Position numbers and translations under genes: made by a program. From Gammaproteobacteria bacterium (lineage in GTDB: Bacteria; Pseudomonadota; Gammaproteobacteria; Ga0077554; Ga007554): a stretch of 64,000 bases of DNA. The stretch is from the NCBI GenBank assembly GCA_023266055.1, contig JAHFRW010000005.1:13106-77105 (forward strand), read 5' to 3'. Positions 1 through 8,561 of the stretch are shown piece after piece. Numbering within the stretch: position 1 is the first letter of the stretch; each line of letters begins with the position of its first letter. The notes under the pieces were generated by a model. The model saw only the letters and a list, made by a program, of their open reading frames with translations, had not been told where the DNA came from and searched no databases.

Positions 1-484
1 CGTTTGCTTCCCTGGGTTCATCGGCCACACATAGCAGATGCCGCAGCTTTTGCCGTGCACGATGAATCAGGCTAAGCACCGAGCCGCGTGGCTGCGCCGT
101 AATAGCGCTGATTTCCTGTGCCGTATAGCCTTCAATCACGGCGAGAAACAGCGCTTCACGCTCCAGTGGCCGCAGCGTAGCCAGGGCATTTTCCAGTGCT
201 GTTTCGCTGACGGCGAACAGTGGATCGTTATCCTGTAAATGGTCGTCGACACCCCATTCCAGCGCGGTTTCTTCGATAGACACCATGGGTACTAGCCGTT
301 CGCGTTTATGCTGATTGAGAAAACGACTGCGGATCGCGCGAAATAAATATGGTTTATTGTGCGGTCCTCCTGCCTGCAGAGTGGCTACCCATGCGTCCTG
401 TAATATATCTTCCGCACTTGCCGGATGGTGAGTGAGTGACAATGCATAACGATATCCACTATGCAGCAGTTTTTGCAACGCCAT
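1..484 (-). CDS. ECF (sigma-70 family) RNA polymerase sigma factor; 3' end runs off the window start
   Basis: Manual reverse-strand translation from the ATG (complement of 482-484) gives MALQKLLHSGYRYALSLTHHPASAEDILQDAWVATLQAGG... (region 2) through ...TLRPLEREALFLAVIEGYTAQEISAITAQPRGSVLSLIHRARQKLRHLL (region 4 HTH). An in-frame TGA lies just upstream of the ATG. No stop occurs before position 1, so it is absent from the ORF track. Confidence 0.6.
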   Translation of the reverse strand, partial: MALQKLLHSGYRYALSLTHHPASAEDILQDAWVATLQAGGPHNKPYLFRAIRSRFLNQHKRERLVPMVSIEETALEWGVDDHLQDNDPLFAVSETALENALATLRPLEREALFLAVIEGYTAQEISAITAQPRGSVLSLIHRARQKLRHLLCVADEPREAN

Positions 485-501
485 TGTCGCGGTTGTTGTG
501 G

Positions 502-1312
502 TCACGGTCGGGCTGGAAACGGCAACACATCATATTCAGGAAGTTCAGGTGCCACCACGAGGATGGGGTCGCCGCTCAGGCTTTCGAGAAATGCACGCAA
601 TGCGGCTTTCTCGTCTGCCGTCAATCGTAACGGTTTGAGCAATGATGATTTCGTGCCGAATGGATCAGCATCACCGCCACGGTCGTAAAAATCGATGACA
701 GCCTCCAGTGAATCGAATGCTCCATTATGCATGTAGGGGCCAGTATATTTCAGTTCACGTAATGTGGGGGTGCGAAACTTGCCCTTATCCCCGGCGTGTT
801 TGGTGTCCAGAAAACGGCCTGGATCACGATCCAGTACGAGATAGTCAGCCTCCGCAATGCCTTTGGATTTAATGCGTTCGCGCATGGCGATTTGCCGTTG
901 CGGATCGGTCTCGAACGCTTTGTTGGGAGGAACTCCCACATTATGAAACGCCTGATCAGTGAGCATGGCACCATGATGGCATTGTATGCACCCGGCTTTG
1001 CCTTTAAACAGCGCCATACCTTTCATTTGCGCCGGATGGAGCGCCTTTTTATCACCGTTCATATACTGGTCAAATGGCACGTTCCTGGAGACGAGAGTGC
1101 GCTCAAACGCCGCGAGTACGTTTTCAAAAATAGGTGCCGTGCCAAAGGCGTCCTTAAAGCGTTTTACATAGGCTGGAATCTGCTTGAGCCGCTCTTCAGC
1201 TAACCCTGGATTCATGTTCTGCGCAAGCGGTCCGGTGATAGCTCTTTTGGTCTGTGCTTCAAGGGTGGGTGAGGAGCCGGTCCAGAAAAACTTGTTCAGA
1301 TAAGCGGTATTG
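502..1312 (-). pseudogene. di-haem cytochrome c peroxidase (CCP/MauG family), C-terminal fragment cut off from its N-terminal half by the 1313-5828 insertion
   Basis: The ORF 502..1383 contains the second haem motif CIQCHHG and GPYMHNGAFDSLEAVIDFY. Its true reading frame enters from the junction at 1312 (...VNTAYLNKFFWTGSSPTLEAQ). The MGHSTHRECPFYSGYLSLSEQYW 'N-terminus' in the track is read-through of the repeat and IS3 end. Confidence 0.75.
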
Positions 1313-1334
1313 ACCCAATACTGTTCGGATAAAC
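1313..1334 (+). repeat. left terminal inverted repeat of the katG unit (ACCCAATACTGTTCGGATAAAC)
   Basis: Exact reverse-complement match to 5807-5828. Confidence 0.85.
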
Positions 1335-1395
1335 TGAGGTAGCCTGAATAAAACGGACACTCCCGATGGGTAGAATGGCCCATCAGGAGAGCAAC

Positions 1396-1707
1396 ATGAG
1401 TAAACGAGATAAGACATACACGCCGGAATTTCGGTCGGAGGCAGTAAAGAGGGTATTAGAACAGGGACTCCGGCCAGAAGAGGCCGCCCATCGGCTGGGG
1501 ATTCCCAAGGGGACGTTGGCGGGTTGGATGGCCGCCGCGAAGTCGTCGAAAACACCCGCCGCCCCCGGCGCCCGCTCAGCGGGTGAACTTGAAGTGGAGA
1601 ATGCCCGGTTACGTAAAGAGTTGGTCGAGGCCCGGATGGAGCGCGACATCCTAAAAAAAGTGACGGCGTATTTTGCAAGGGAGTCATTGCCAGGTACGCG
1701 TTCATGA
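1396..1707 (+). CDS. IS3-family transposase OrfA (HTH DNA-binding part)
   Basis: MSKRDKTYTPEFRSEAVKRVLEQG...leucine-zipper-like C-terminus. RBS caggagag precedes the ATG at 1396. The ORF-track start at 1366 is probably too early. Confidence 0.85.
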   Translation: MSKRDKTYTPEFRSEAVKRVLEQGLRPEEAAHRLGIPKGTLAGWMAAAKSSKTPAAPGARSAGELEVENARLRKELVEARMERDILKKVTAYFARESLPGTRS

Positions 1708-2564
1708 AAGAGTGGCGACTCCAATTTCCCATCGAGACGATGAGCCGGGTATTTGAGGTATCGCGGAGCGGCTACTCCGACTGGCTCAAGCGCAAACCCT
1801 CGGCACGCGCCCAGGCGAACGAACAGTTGAAGATCGCGATTCGCGTTGCCCATAAGCGCTGCCGTGAAGTCTACGGGGCACTCCGCCTGCCACCCGAACG
1901 GGTGGCAGATGGGTTTATCGCGGGGCGGGATCGCATCATCAGGTTACGCAAGGAGAGGGGGATACGTTGTAAACAGAAACGTAAATTCATAGCGCCGACG
2001 AACTCGAATCACGCCTTGCCGGTTGCGCCGAACCTGCTGGAACAGAAGTTCAACGCCACGTGCCCGAATCAGGCGTGGGTGGCCGACATTACCTACATTC
2101 CCACCGAAGAGAGCTGGCTCTATCTGGCGGGGATAAAGGACCTGTTCAGTTGTCAGATCGTGGGCTATGCGATGGGGGCAAGGATGACGCAAGAGCTGAC
2201 AGGGCAGGCGCTCTTTCGTGCAGTGAAGAACAAACGACCGGAGGCAGGGTTGATCCACCACTCTGATCGAGGCAGTCAGTATTGCGCCCACGACTACCGC
2301 CGGATGGTAGAACAGTTTGGGATGCAGGCTTCCATGTCACGGCGCGGCAATTGCTATGACAATGCGCCAATGGAGAGCTTCTGGGGTAGCCTGAAAAATG
2401 AACTGGTGCATCATCGCCGTTACGCCACGCGCGCCGAGGCGGAGGCTTCGATCCGGGAGTACATCGAGATTTTCTATAACCGCCAACGACGCCACTCGCG
2501 CCTTGGCTATGTAGCACCGGCTGTGTTTGTGGATAGTTTCAACAAACAACAGGCCAGTGCTTGA
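1704..2564 (+). CDS. IS3-family transposase OrfB (DDE integrase core), made as an OrfAB fusion by -1 frameshifting
   Basis: 286-aa ORF with D..D..E integrase-core signatures (ADITYIPT...HSDRGSQY...DNAPMESFWGSLK). It sits in the -1 frame relative to orfA and overlaps the A7G motif. Confidence 0.85.
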   Translation: MKEWRLQFPIETMSRVFEVSRSGYSDWLKRKPSARAQANEQLKIAIRVAHKRCREVYGALRLPPERVADGFIAGRDRIIRLRKERGIRCKQKRKFIAPTNSNHALPVAPNLLEQKFNATCPNQAWVADITYIPTEESWLYLAGIKDLFSCQIVGYAMGARMTQELTGQALFRAVKNKRPEAGLIHHSDRGSQYCAHDYRRMVEQFGMQASMSRRGNCYDNAPMESFWGSLKNELVHHRRYATRAEAEASIREYIEIFYNRQRRHSRLGYVAPAVFVDSFNKQQASA

Positions 2565-2612
2565 GGTGGGTGTGTCCATTATTGACAGTACACCTCATTA
2601 TATGCCCAGCGT

Positions 2613-3074
2613 ATGCGTATCGAGGTGCAGTTTCGAGACACCAAGAATCTGGCGCTCGGCATGGGTTTATCGCAATCAAGGAGTCAGGGGCAGCAACGGT
2701 TACAGGCGCTGCTGCTGATTGCGCACATCGCAGAATTGGCAAAGCGCTTAATCGGCGAGGCGTCGCAGGCGCGACAACTGGAACTGCGACTGATGAGCAA
2801 CAACATAACAAAACGCAAAACAATCATCGGTGATGACGCTCGCCGCGCGCGTCATCGAGAGGGCAGACTTGTTACGCGAAATTACCGATGCGTGGTCATA
2901 CTTGCAAACCTTGCGAAGACAGGCGACATCGGCGGTTACTCAAGCGACGGGTGGGGCGTAATTCGTGGGGAAACCTCAGGGGCAGACCCCATTGAACTCT
3001 ATAAATTCGATCAAGGTGCGGGGGCAAGGCGAAAAGGGGCGGAAAAGCCACGCTCCGTCCGTAAAAAAATATAG
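2613..3074 (+). pseudogene. C-terminal remnant of a DDE transposase (IS4/IS701-like tail) truncated by the IS3 insertion
   Basis: ...RIEVQFRDTKNLALGMGLSQSRSQGQQRLQALLLIAHIAELAKRL resembles the conserved C-terminal R-x-IE-x-F-x-x-x-K block of IS4-type transposases. It begins 16 bp after the IS3 right end and has no upstream partner. Family assignment is from memory only. Confidence 0.4.
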
Positions 3075-3219
3075 ACAAAGTCTAAATTACCTGTTTAAAT
3101 TAGACTTATTCTAATTCGCGTGACGGATTGGAGACAAATTCACTTATAGAACATTGACCTGATTAACTTGCGGCATCGCTAACAGTTGTACACTTACCAT
3201 ATAACGAGGAGAATTATAC

Positions 3220-5436
3220 ATGTTAAAACAATACAGACCGTTGTTCTCTGCCATGTCAATTTCTGTATCTATGGCAATATCAGCAGGCTTTGCCGTCGCA
3301 GGGCCTATAGCTAATTCGAATCAATTCTGGTGGCCGGAAAAGCTGAACATTGAGCAACTGCGCGCTCATGATTCGACATCGAATCCCTATGGGGATAAGT
3401 TCGATTATGCCAAGGCATTTGCGAGTGTTGACATGAAAGCGCTGAAGGCCGATATTGAAAAAGCCTTGACCACATCTCAGGACTGGTGGCCTGCAGATTG
3501 GGGTCACTATGGTGGCCTGATGATCAGATCGGCGTGGCACAGCGCAGGTACCTACCGTATTCATGATGGTCGTGGTGGCTCGGACGGCGGTCAAATTCGC
3601 TATGAATCACAAAATAGCTGGCCGGATAATGCTAACTTGGACAAGGCACGTCGATTGCTGTGGCCGGTAAAGCAAAAATATGGCCGTAGTGTGTCCTGGG
3701 GAGACCTGATTATCCTGGCCGGTAATGTTTCGCTGGAGTCCATGGGCTTTAAAACGCTGGGCTTTGCCGGTGGCCGTGCAGACGACTGGGCGGCTGACAA
3801 GGTATATTGGGGTTCAGAAACAAAATGGCTTTCCAATGCTGAGCGCTATAAAGGCGGTAAACTGGAAAAACCATTGGCCGCTGTGCAAATGGGCTTGATC
3901 TACGTGAACCCGGAAGGTCCAAACGCAAATCACGACCCGCTTGCTGCTGCCGCAGATATGCGTGACTCGTTTGGCCGCATGGCGATGAACGACGAGGAAA
4001 TTGTGGCGCTTGTCGCGGGTGGACATACCTTGGGTAAAGCCCATGGTGCCAAGTCGGGTGAATGTGTCGGTCCAGAACCGGCTGCCGCCGGTATCGAGGA
4101 GCAAGGTTTCGGCTGGAAGAACAAATGTGGCAAAGGAAATGCTGAAGACACCATGACCAGTGGTCTGGAGGGTGCGTGGACTTCCACGCCGACGGCCTGG
4201 TCGATACTCTTCCTGGATAACCTGATGAGATTCGAGTGGAAGCAGACCAAGAGCCCTGCCGGTGCTCATCAGTGGATTCCGACGGATGAAGCGGCGGCAA
4301 ACCTGGTGCCGGATGCTCACATCAAGGGTAAGCGACATGCGCCGATCATGTTTACAACGGACATAGCGCTGAAAAATGATCCGGGGTTCCGTAAAGTCTC
4401 CGAGCATTTCCTGAAGAATCCAAAAGCATTTGATCAGGCCTTTGCGAGTGCCTGGTTCAAGCTGACGCATCGTGACTTGGGTCCCCGTGCACGCTATGTG
4501 GGTGCAGAAATCCCAAGCGAGGTGTTTACATGGCAAGATCCGATTCCAGCGGTTAATCATAAGCTGATTAACAGTGGGGACGTTGCCAAGCTGAAGTCGA
4601 AAATTCTCGACTCCGGCCTGAGTGTGCCTGAACTGGTTAGAACTGCGTGGGCATCGGCCGCGACTTTCCGTGGCTCTGATATGCGCGGCGGCGCCAATGG
4701 CTCACGTATTCAGCTGGCTCCTCAGAAAGACTGGGCAGTTAATAATCCGGCTGAACTGTCAAAAGTGCTGGCTAAGCTGAAGAGTATTCAGTCATCATTC
4801 AATCAGTCACTGAGTGGCGGGAAAAAAGTGTCGCTGGGAGACGTGGTCGTGCTTGGTGGTGCAGCGGCGATCGAAAAATCTGCTAAAGCGGCGGGTTACA
4901 AGGTTGAGGTTCCTTTCAAGCCAGGCCGTATGGATGCCTCTCAGGAACAAACGGATGTCAATTCGTTTGCTGTGCTGGAACCAACTGCTGACGCTTTCCG
5001 TAACTACTACACGGAGAGCTATGGGTCGCCGACAGAGATGCTGGTGGAAAAAGCTGACCTGTTAACGTTGACAGTACCGGAGATGACGGTACTTGTGGGC
5101 GGTATGCGCTCTCTGGATGCAAATAGTGGTGGTTCAAAACATGGTGTATTCACAGATCGCCCAGGTACCTTGAGTAACGACTTTTTCGTCAATCTGCTGA
5201 ATATGTCCACCAAGTGGTCCCCGACATCTTCTGAAGGAATTTACGAAGGTCGTGATCGTTTAACGGGTCAAGTTAAATGGACGGCGACACCGGTTGATTT
5301 GATCTTCGGCTCAAACTCGGAGTTACGTGCTGTTGCCGAAGTTTATGCCGCCAACGACGGACGTGAAAAGTTTGTAAACGATTTCGTTGCTGCATGGGCC
5401 AAGGTGATGATGCTGGATCGATTTGATCTGAACTAA
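3220..5436 (+). CDS. katG: catalase-peroxidase KatG with an N-terminal signal peptide (periplasmic, KatP-like)
   Basis: 738 aa. It has the haem-peroxidase motifs [11 protein letters not shown] and [10 protein letters not shown] and a duplicated two-domain architecture. The N-terminus [28 protein letters not shown] looks like a Sec signal. A strong RBS aggaga precedes the ATG. Confidence 0.93.
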   Translation: MLKQYRPLFSAMSISVSMAISAGFAVAGPIANSNQFWWPEKLNIEQLRAHDSTSNPYGDKFDYAKAFASVDMKALKADIEKALTTSQDWWPADWGHYGGLMIRSAWHSAGTYRIHDGRGGSDGGQIRYESQNSWPDNANLDKARRLLWPVKQKYGRSVSWGDLIILAGNVSLESMGFKTLGFAGGRADDWAADKVYWGSETKWLSNAERYKGGKLEKPLAAVQMGLIYVNPEGPNANHDPLAAAADMRDSFGRMAMNDEEIVALVAGGHTLGKAHGAKSGECVGPEPAAAGIEEQGFGWKNKCGKGNAEDTMTSGLEGAWTSTPTAWSILFLDNLMRFEWKQTKSPAGAHQWIPTDEAAANLVPDAHIKGKRHAPIMFTTDIALKNDPGFRKVSEHFLKNPKAFDQAFASAWFKLTHRDLGPRARYVGAEIPSEVFTWQDPIPAVNHKLINSGDVAKLKSKILDSGLSVPELVRTAWASAATFRGSDMRGGANGSRIQLAPQKDWAVNNPAELSKVLAKLKSIQSSFNQSLSGGKKVSLGDVVVLGGAAAIEKSAKAAGYKVEVPFKPGRMDASQEQTDVNSFAVLEPTADAFRNYYTESYGSPTEMLVEKADLLTLTVPEMTVLVGGMRSLDANSGGSKHGVFTDRPGTLSNDFFVNLLNMSTKWSPTSSEGIYEGRDRLTGQVKWTATPVDLIFGSNSELRAVAEVYAANDGREKFVNDFVAAWAKVMMLDRFDLN

Positions 5437-5581
5437 TCTTCAATCAAAGGGGCTCTATGTGAAATACAGTGGGTAATCGAATTTCATCTTTCCACAGAGG
5501 AAGTAAATCATATTGATAACTGATGTTACGCGCCCCGCAGTGAGAAATTTGCTATCCTGCGGAGATGAAAAAAGCAGACCT

Positions 5582-5685
5582 TGAGGGCACCTCTAATAAT
5601 TAGAGGTGCCCGTGCGGTACAGGACGTGCCGCCATTTATCAATCTCTGCAAGAGATTGATAAATGAAGAAAAGAAAAAATCACAC
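5582..5685 (+). repeat. copy A of a ~104-bp structured intergenic repeat (two hairpins); its partner copy is at 44336-44439 in inverted orientation
   Basis: Hand alignment of the reverse complement of 5582-5685 against 44336-44439 gives about 90% identity. It contains GGGCACCTCTAATAATTAGAGGTGCCC and a 15-bp stem CATTTATCAATCTCT-gca-AGAGATTGATAAATG. Confidence 0.75.
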
Positions 5686-5702
5686 ATCAAAGGGGTCAGT
5701 CT

Positions 5703-5721
5703 CAATACTGTCCGGATAAAC
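5703..5721 (+). repeat. internal 19-bp copy of the unit's terminal repeat (CAATACTGTCCGGATAAAC, 1 mismatch), oriented like the left IR
   Basis: 18/19 match to CAATACTGTTCGGATAAAC within 1313-1334. Together with 5807-5828 it delimits a 126-bp MITE-like mini-element. Confidence 0.7.
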
Positions 5722-5806
5722 CATCCAAGCCAAAAATCCGTTCGGGCTGAGCTTGTCGAAGCCTGGCGTCACAGCGACTTCCCTTTGATAGGCTCAGGGC
5801 GAACAG

Positions 5807-5828
5807 GTTTATCCGAACAGTATTGGGT
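5807..5828 (-). repeat. right terminal inverted repeat of the katG unit
   Basis: GTTTATCCGAACAGTATTGGGT is the exact reverse complement of 1313-1334. Confidence 0.85.
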
Positions 5829-6128
5829 ATTGACCACCGTTTGCGAATTGCGCCAATGCACGGTGCCGGGATAGCCGATGGATAATTCATTACCGTCGCC
5901 CCAGCCGCGCTGGGGATCATGGCAGGTGGCACAGCTGGTGGTGGCATCACCCGAAAGGCGCGGATCGAAGAACAGCATTTTGCCAAGCTCAATTTTGGCG
6001 GGTGATTGCGGATTGCTTTCCAGTATGGGCACCGGCGGCAGGGCCGCCAGGGGATCAGATGCAACCGCGACGACCGGGAACGGGAGTAACAAGAGAGCGG
6101 CGCAGCGCGAGCGTAGAGCAATACGCAT
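5829..6128 (-). pseudogene. di-haem cytochrome c peroxidase, N-terminal fragment (signal peptide plus first haem CATCH), truncated by the insertion
   Basis: MRIALRSRCAALLLLPFPVVAVA...GKMLFFDPRLSGDATTSCATCHDPQRGWGDG...HWRNSQTVVNT, then read-through into the IR (QYCSDKP...*). RBS ttaaggagaac precedes the ATG at 6128. The ORF-track start at 6227 is too early. Confidence 0.75.
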
Positions 6129-6370
6129 GATGTTCTCCTTAAATATATTTAAAGATAGGGAAGATTTTGGCCCGCAGTTTTTCATACGGTTATCATGAAG
6201 ACAGTCGGTGCGTGTTTTTGATTGCAAAAGAAGCGAATGAATCGGGATGAGGGTAAGCGTTGTGCCGATCCGGTACGCACAATAAAGCGGCTATGAACCC
6301 CCGAAAAGGTAGCTCATGGCCGCAGTATTACGTCAGTAACTGATTGATGAAGGGTTCGGGAGAGCTGAAT

Positions 6371-6808
6371 TTACTGTATTTTACCCATGTATTCATCCAG
6401 GCGTTCAGCACCCATTGCCATTTTTTTGGAAAGCTCTGCGGCAGCCACCTTGGCCGCTGCGAGGTTAACGGGCTTGCCAACCTGAATAACCGCTACCATG
6501 CCCAGCATTTTATGCAGGTCGCATTCGTAAAGATAAATGCCTTCTTTTTTCAGGGTAACAGTGAAACCCTGGTTCACGGTGCCTTTCCAGTTATCTGCGC
6601 CTGGCGGCACATGGCGGGAGATCACGTTATGGCCGGGATCGTGAACCACAAAGGTTACGGTATCGCCTACCTTGGCTTGCAGGAAGCCCGGCTCGAAAAT
6701 CATGTTGCCTTCGGCGCCTTCGTCAACCATTTTGACCTTATGGTCTGCGGCAAATACGCTGGAGGTTGCCAGCAACCCCATGATTAATACCAGTCGTGCG
6801 GTGTTCAT
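6371..6808 (-). CDS. pseudoazurin-type blue copper protein with signal peptide
   Basis: 145 aa. Cupredoxin ligand pattern (...HN...YECDLHKMLGMVAVIQVG), signal peptide, and typical pseudoazurin length. Confidence 0.75.
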   Translation of the reverse strand: MNTARLVLIMGLLATSSVFAADHKVKMVDEGAEGNMIFEPGFLQAKVGDTVTFVVHDPGHNVISRHVPPGADNWKGTVNQGFTVTLKKEGIYLYECDLHKMLGMVAVIQVGKPVNLAAAKVAAAELSKKMAMGAERLDEYMGKIQ

Positions 6809-6967
6809 GCGGCGTTTTACTCCTTAATAATAATGTTTAGAGGCGCGAAAAGATGAGCTATTTTATCCTTTTTACAAAGGGTTGTGTACAAATAAAGAAC
6901 AAATTGGGTGTTTTTGACCTAGGTGCATAGGGCCCGCCGGATGTTACCTTAACGTAGCGGCGTCACC

Positions 6968-7321
6968 CTACAGGATCTCCAGTACCTTTTCGGGCGGACG
7001 TCCCAATGCCGCTTTGCCATTGGCCAGCACAATGGGGCGCTCAATGAGTGCGGGGTGTTCCCGCATGGCGGTAATTAACTCGTCCGCACTCAGTGCCAGG
7101 TTGGCTAGATCTAACTCTTTGTAAATGGATTCTTTTTTTCTCATTAGTTCGCGTGGGGTCATATCCAGCAGGCGTAAAATGCTCTTTAATTGTGCTTTGC
7201 TGGGAGGTGACTTAAGGTATTCGATGATTTCTGGTTGTACGCCCTGCTCATGTAAAAGCTGAAGGGTTTGCCGGGATTTGCTACAATGCGGATTATGATA
7301 AAATACAATTTTGGCGAGCAC
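6968..7321 (-). CDS. ArsC/Spx-family protein (glutaredoxin-type arsenate reductase family, YffB-like)
   Basis: N-terminal IVFYHNPHCSKSRQTL matches the ArsC-family catalytic Cys motif. 117 aa. Confidence 0.7.
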   Translation of the reverse strand: MLAKIVFYHNPHCSKSRQTLQLLHEQGVQPEIIEYLKSPPSKAQLKSILRLLDMTPRELMRKKESIYKELDLANLALSADELITAMREHPALIERPIVLANGKAALGRPPEKVLEIL

Positions 7322-7453
7322 GTGTTCATCCTCAAAAAACCGTATTAAAAGAACCTTCCGATTCAGTCAGAGTTCCCTAAAATTTCGGGCCTTGTAGCCG
7401 CTATCTTAGCAGGCTCTGATTATTGTGCGCCACGCCAAATGAGACAGCGAGTG

Positions 7454-7837
7454 ATGAATAGTAGTATCGACCATAACGTCAAGGTGCAAACTGAGGCTTT
7501 CTTCATAGAAGAACAATCACTTCCTGAACGCGGCCAATACGTTTTCGCGTACCGGATTACGATTCGCAACGATGGCAAGATTCCTGCCAAGCTGATCACC
7601 CGTCACTGGGTTATTACCGATGCCAACGGCAAGGTTCAGGAAGTGCATGGAGAGGGTGTTGTCGGTGAGCAGCCCTATCTACGTCCCGGCGAAGAGTTTC
7701 AGTACACCAGTGGTGCGATTCTGGAAACACCTGTGGGTACCATGCAAGGTTCATATCAAATGATTGCCGATAACGGCACGCATTTTGACGCTGAAATACC
7801 GGCGTTTACCCTGGCCATTCCCCGAACATTACACTAG
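7454..7837 (+). CDS. apaG: ApaG (DUF525) protein
   Basis: ...ERGQYVFAYRITIRNDGKIPAKLITRHWVITDANGKVQEVHGEGVVGEQPYLRPGEEFQYTSGAILETPVGTMQGSYQM aligns closely with E. coli ApaG. The start is chosen by that alignment (MNSSID...); the track starts at 7439. Confidence 0.85.
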   Translation: MNSSIDHNVKVQTEAFFIEEQSLPERGQYVFAYRITIRNDGKIPAKLITRHWVITDANGKVQEVHGEGVVGEQPYLRPGEEFQYTSGAILETPVGTMQGSYQMIADNGTHFDAEIPAFTLAIPRTLH

Positions 7838-8003
7838 ATTTTCGCTGCATTCATTCAGGCAGCGTGATGGCTGTGCCCATCGTCTGACAGCTTTTCAGGC
7901 TGATCGCCATAATTACCGCCAAGGATGACAGTATGACCAACATACGTTCAGGAATCATGTCGAGTAGCCTCCCATTGATCATTGCTCCCGAATTTAGAGC
8001 ACG

Positions 8004-8423
8004 TCATTCCACCGAAAGTTCCTTTAATCTTATCTCGAGTCGCTGCCTGAGTGTAGCTTGATCAGCAGGGTGTACCTGCCCTTCACGTTGTGCGGTGGCC
8101 CATATTGGGTCAGGAAAATGGGCGTCATCCGTAAAGCGTGGAATGACATGCCAATGCAGATGAGGCACCTGATTGCCGAGTGATGCCAGATTAATCTTGT
8201 CTGGCCGCAGGGTTTCGCGTAACACCGCTTCCACACCAAACACCACCGCCATGAAATATTGCCGTTGTTCTGTGCGCAGATCCGACATTTCCTTGACATG
8301 CGCCTGCCAGATCACCCGGCAGAATCCGCCGTAATGCGCATGGGGGACCAGAATAATGCGGCACGCACTGCCCTGCCACAGGAGTGTTTCGTGTTCGGGC
8401 GTGCAAAGTGGACAGCTAGGCAT
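8004..8423 (-). CDS. HIT (histidine triad) family nucleotide hydrolase/transferase
   Basis: HLHWHVIPR histidine-triad motif. 139 aa. Confidence 0.75.
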   Translation of the reverse strand: MPSCPLCTPEHETLLWQGSACRIILVPHAHYGGFCRVIWQAHVKEMSDLRTEQRQYFMAVVFGVEAVLRETLRPDKINLASLGNQVPHLHWHVIPRFTDDAHFPDPIWATAQREGQVHPADQATLRQRLEIRLKELSVE

Positions 8424-8561
8424 GGGGGTGTTGTCTGACGTAATGAGAGCAAGTAGTTTATAATTTGAAATAAGGCGGCTGATCGTTTCTATAGTGAACT
8501 ATTCATCCCCTACGGGGATCACACAGTGCATACATACAGTGTAACAAAAAAGGTCAGCAGC

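Larger units (their letters stand above)
1335..2597 (+). mobile_element. IS3-family insertion sequence (1263 bp), apparently intact
   Basis: ~30-bp imperfect terminal IRs both start TGAGGT (1335-1364 against the reverse complement of 2568-2597; GGG.GTGTCC...CAG...ACCTCA conserved). It carries orfA and orfB in the 0/-1 arrangement with an A7G slippery site at 1653-1660. No clear 3-bp TSD is seen. Confidence 0.8.
1313..5828. mobile_element. composite 4.5-kb insertion bounded by perfect 22-bp inverted repeats (ACCCAATACTGTTCGGATAAAC) and flanked by a 4-bp direct duplication ATTG; cargo is an IS3-family IS, a transposase remnant and katG
   Basis: 1313-1334 is the exact reverse complement of 5807-5828. 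The flanks 1309-1312 and 5829-5832 are both ATTG. Removing 1313-5832 restores an in-frame ccp sequence (...HWRNSQTVVNT|AYLNKFFW...). Confidence 0.7.

Noticed and set aside
1259-1853. Minus-strand ORFs of 157 and 156 aa overlapping IS3 orfA and the ccp junction
   Set aside because: They are antisense to the transposase gene and to the IR. No motifs.
2613-3074. Reading 2613..3074 as an intact small gene
   Set aside because: It begins 16 bp after the IS3 end with no RBS. Its sequence resembles only the last ~45 residues of DDE transposases and is followed by an Arg/Gly-rich nonsense tail. It is better explained as a remnant.
3749-4560. Overlapping minus-strand ORFs (183, 248 and 106 aa) inside katG
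   Set aside because: They lie fully inside a high-confidence katG frame and show Arg/Pro-rich, low-complexity composition typical of antisense ORFs in GC-rich DNA.
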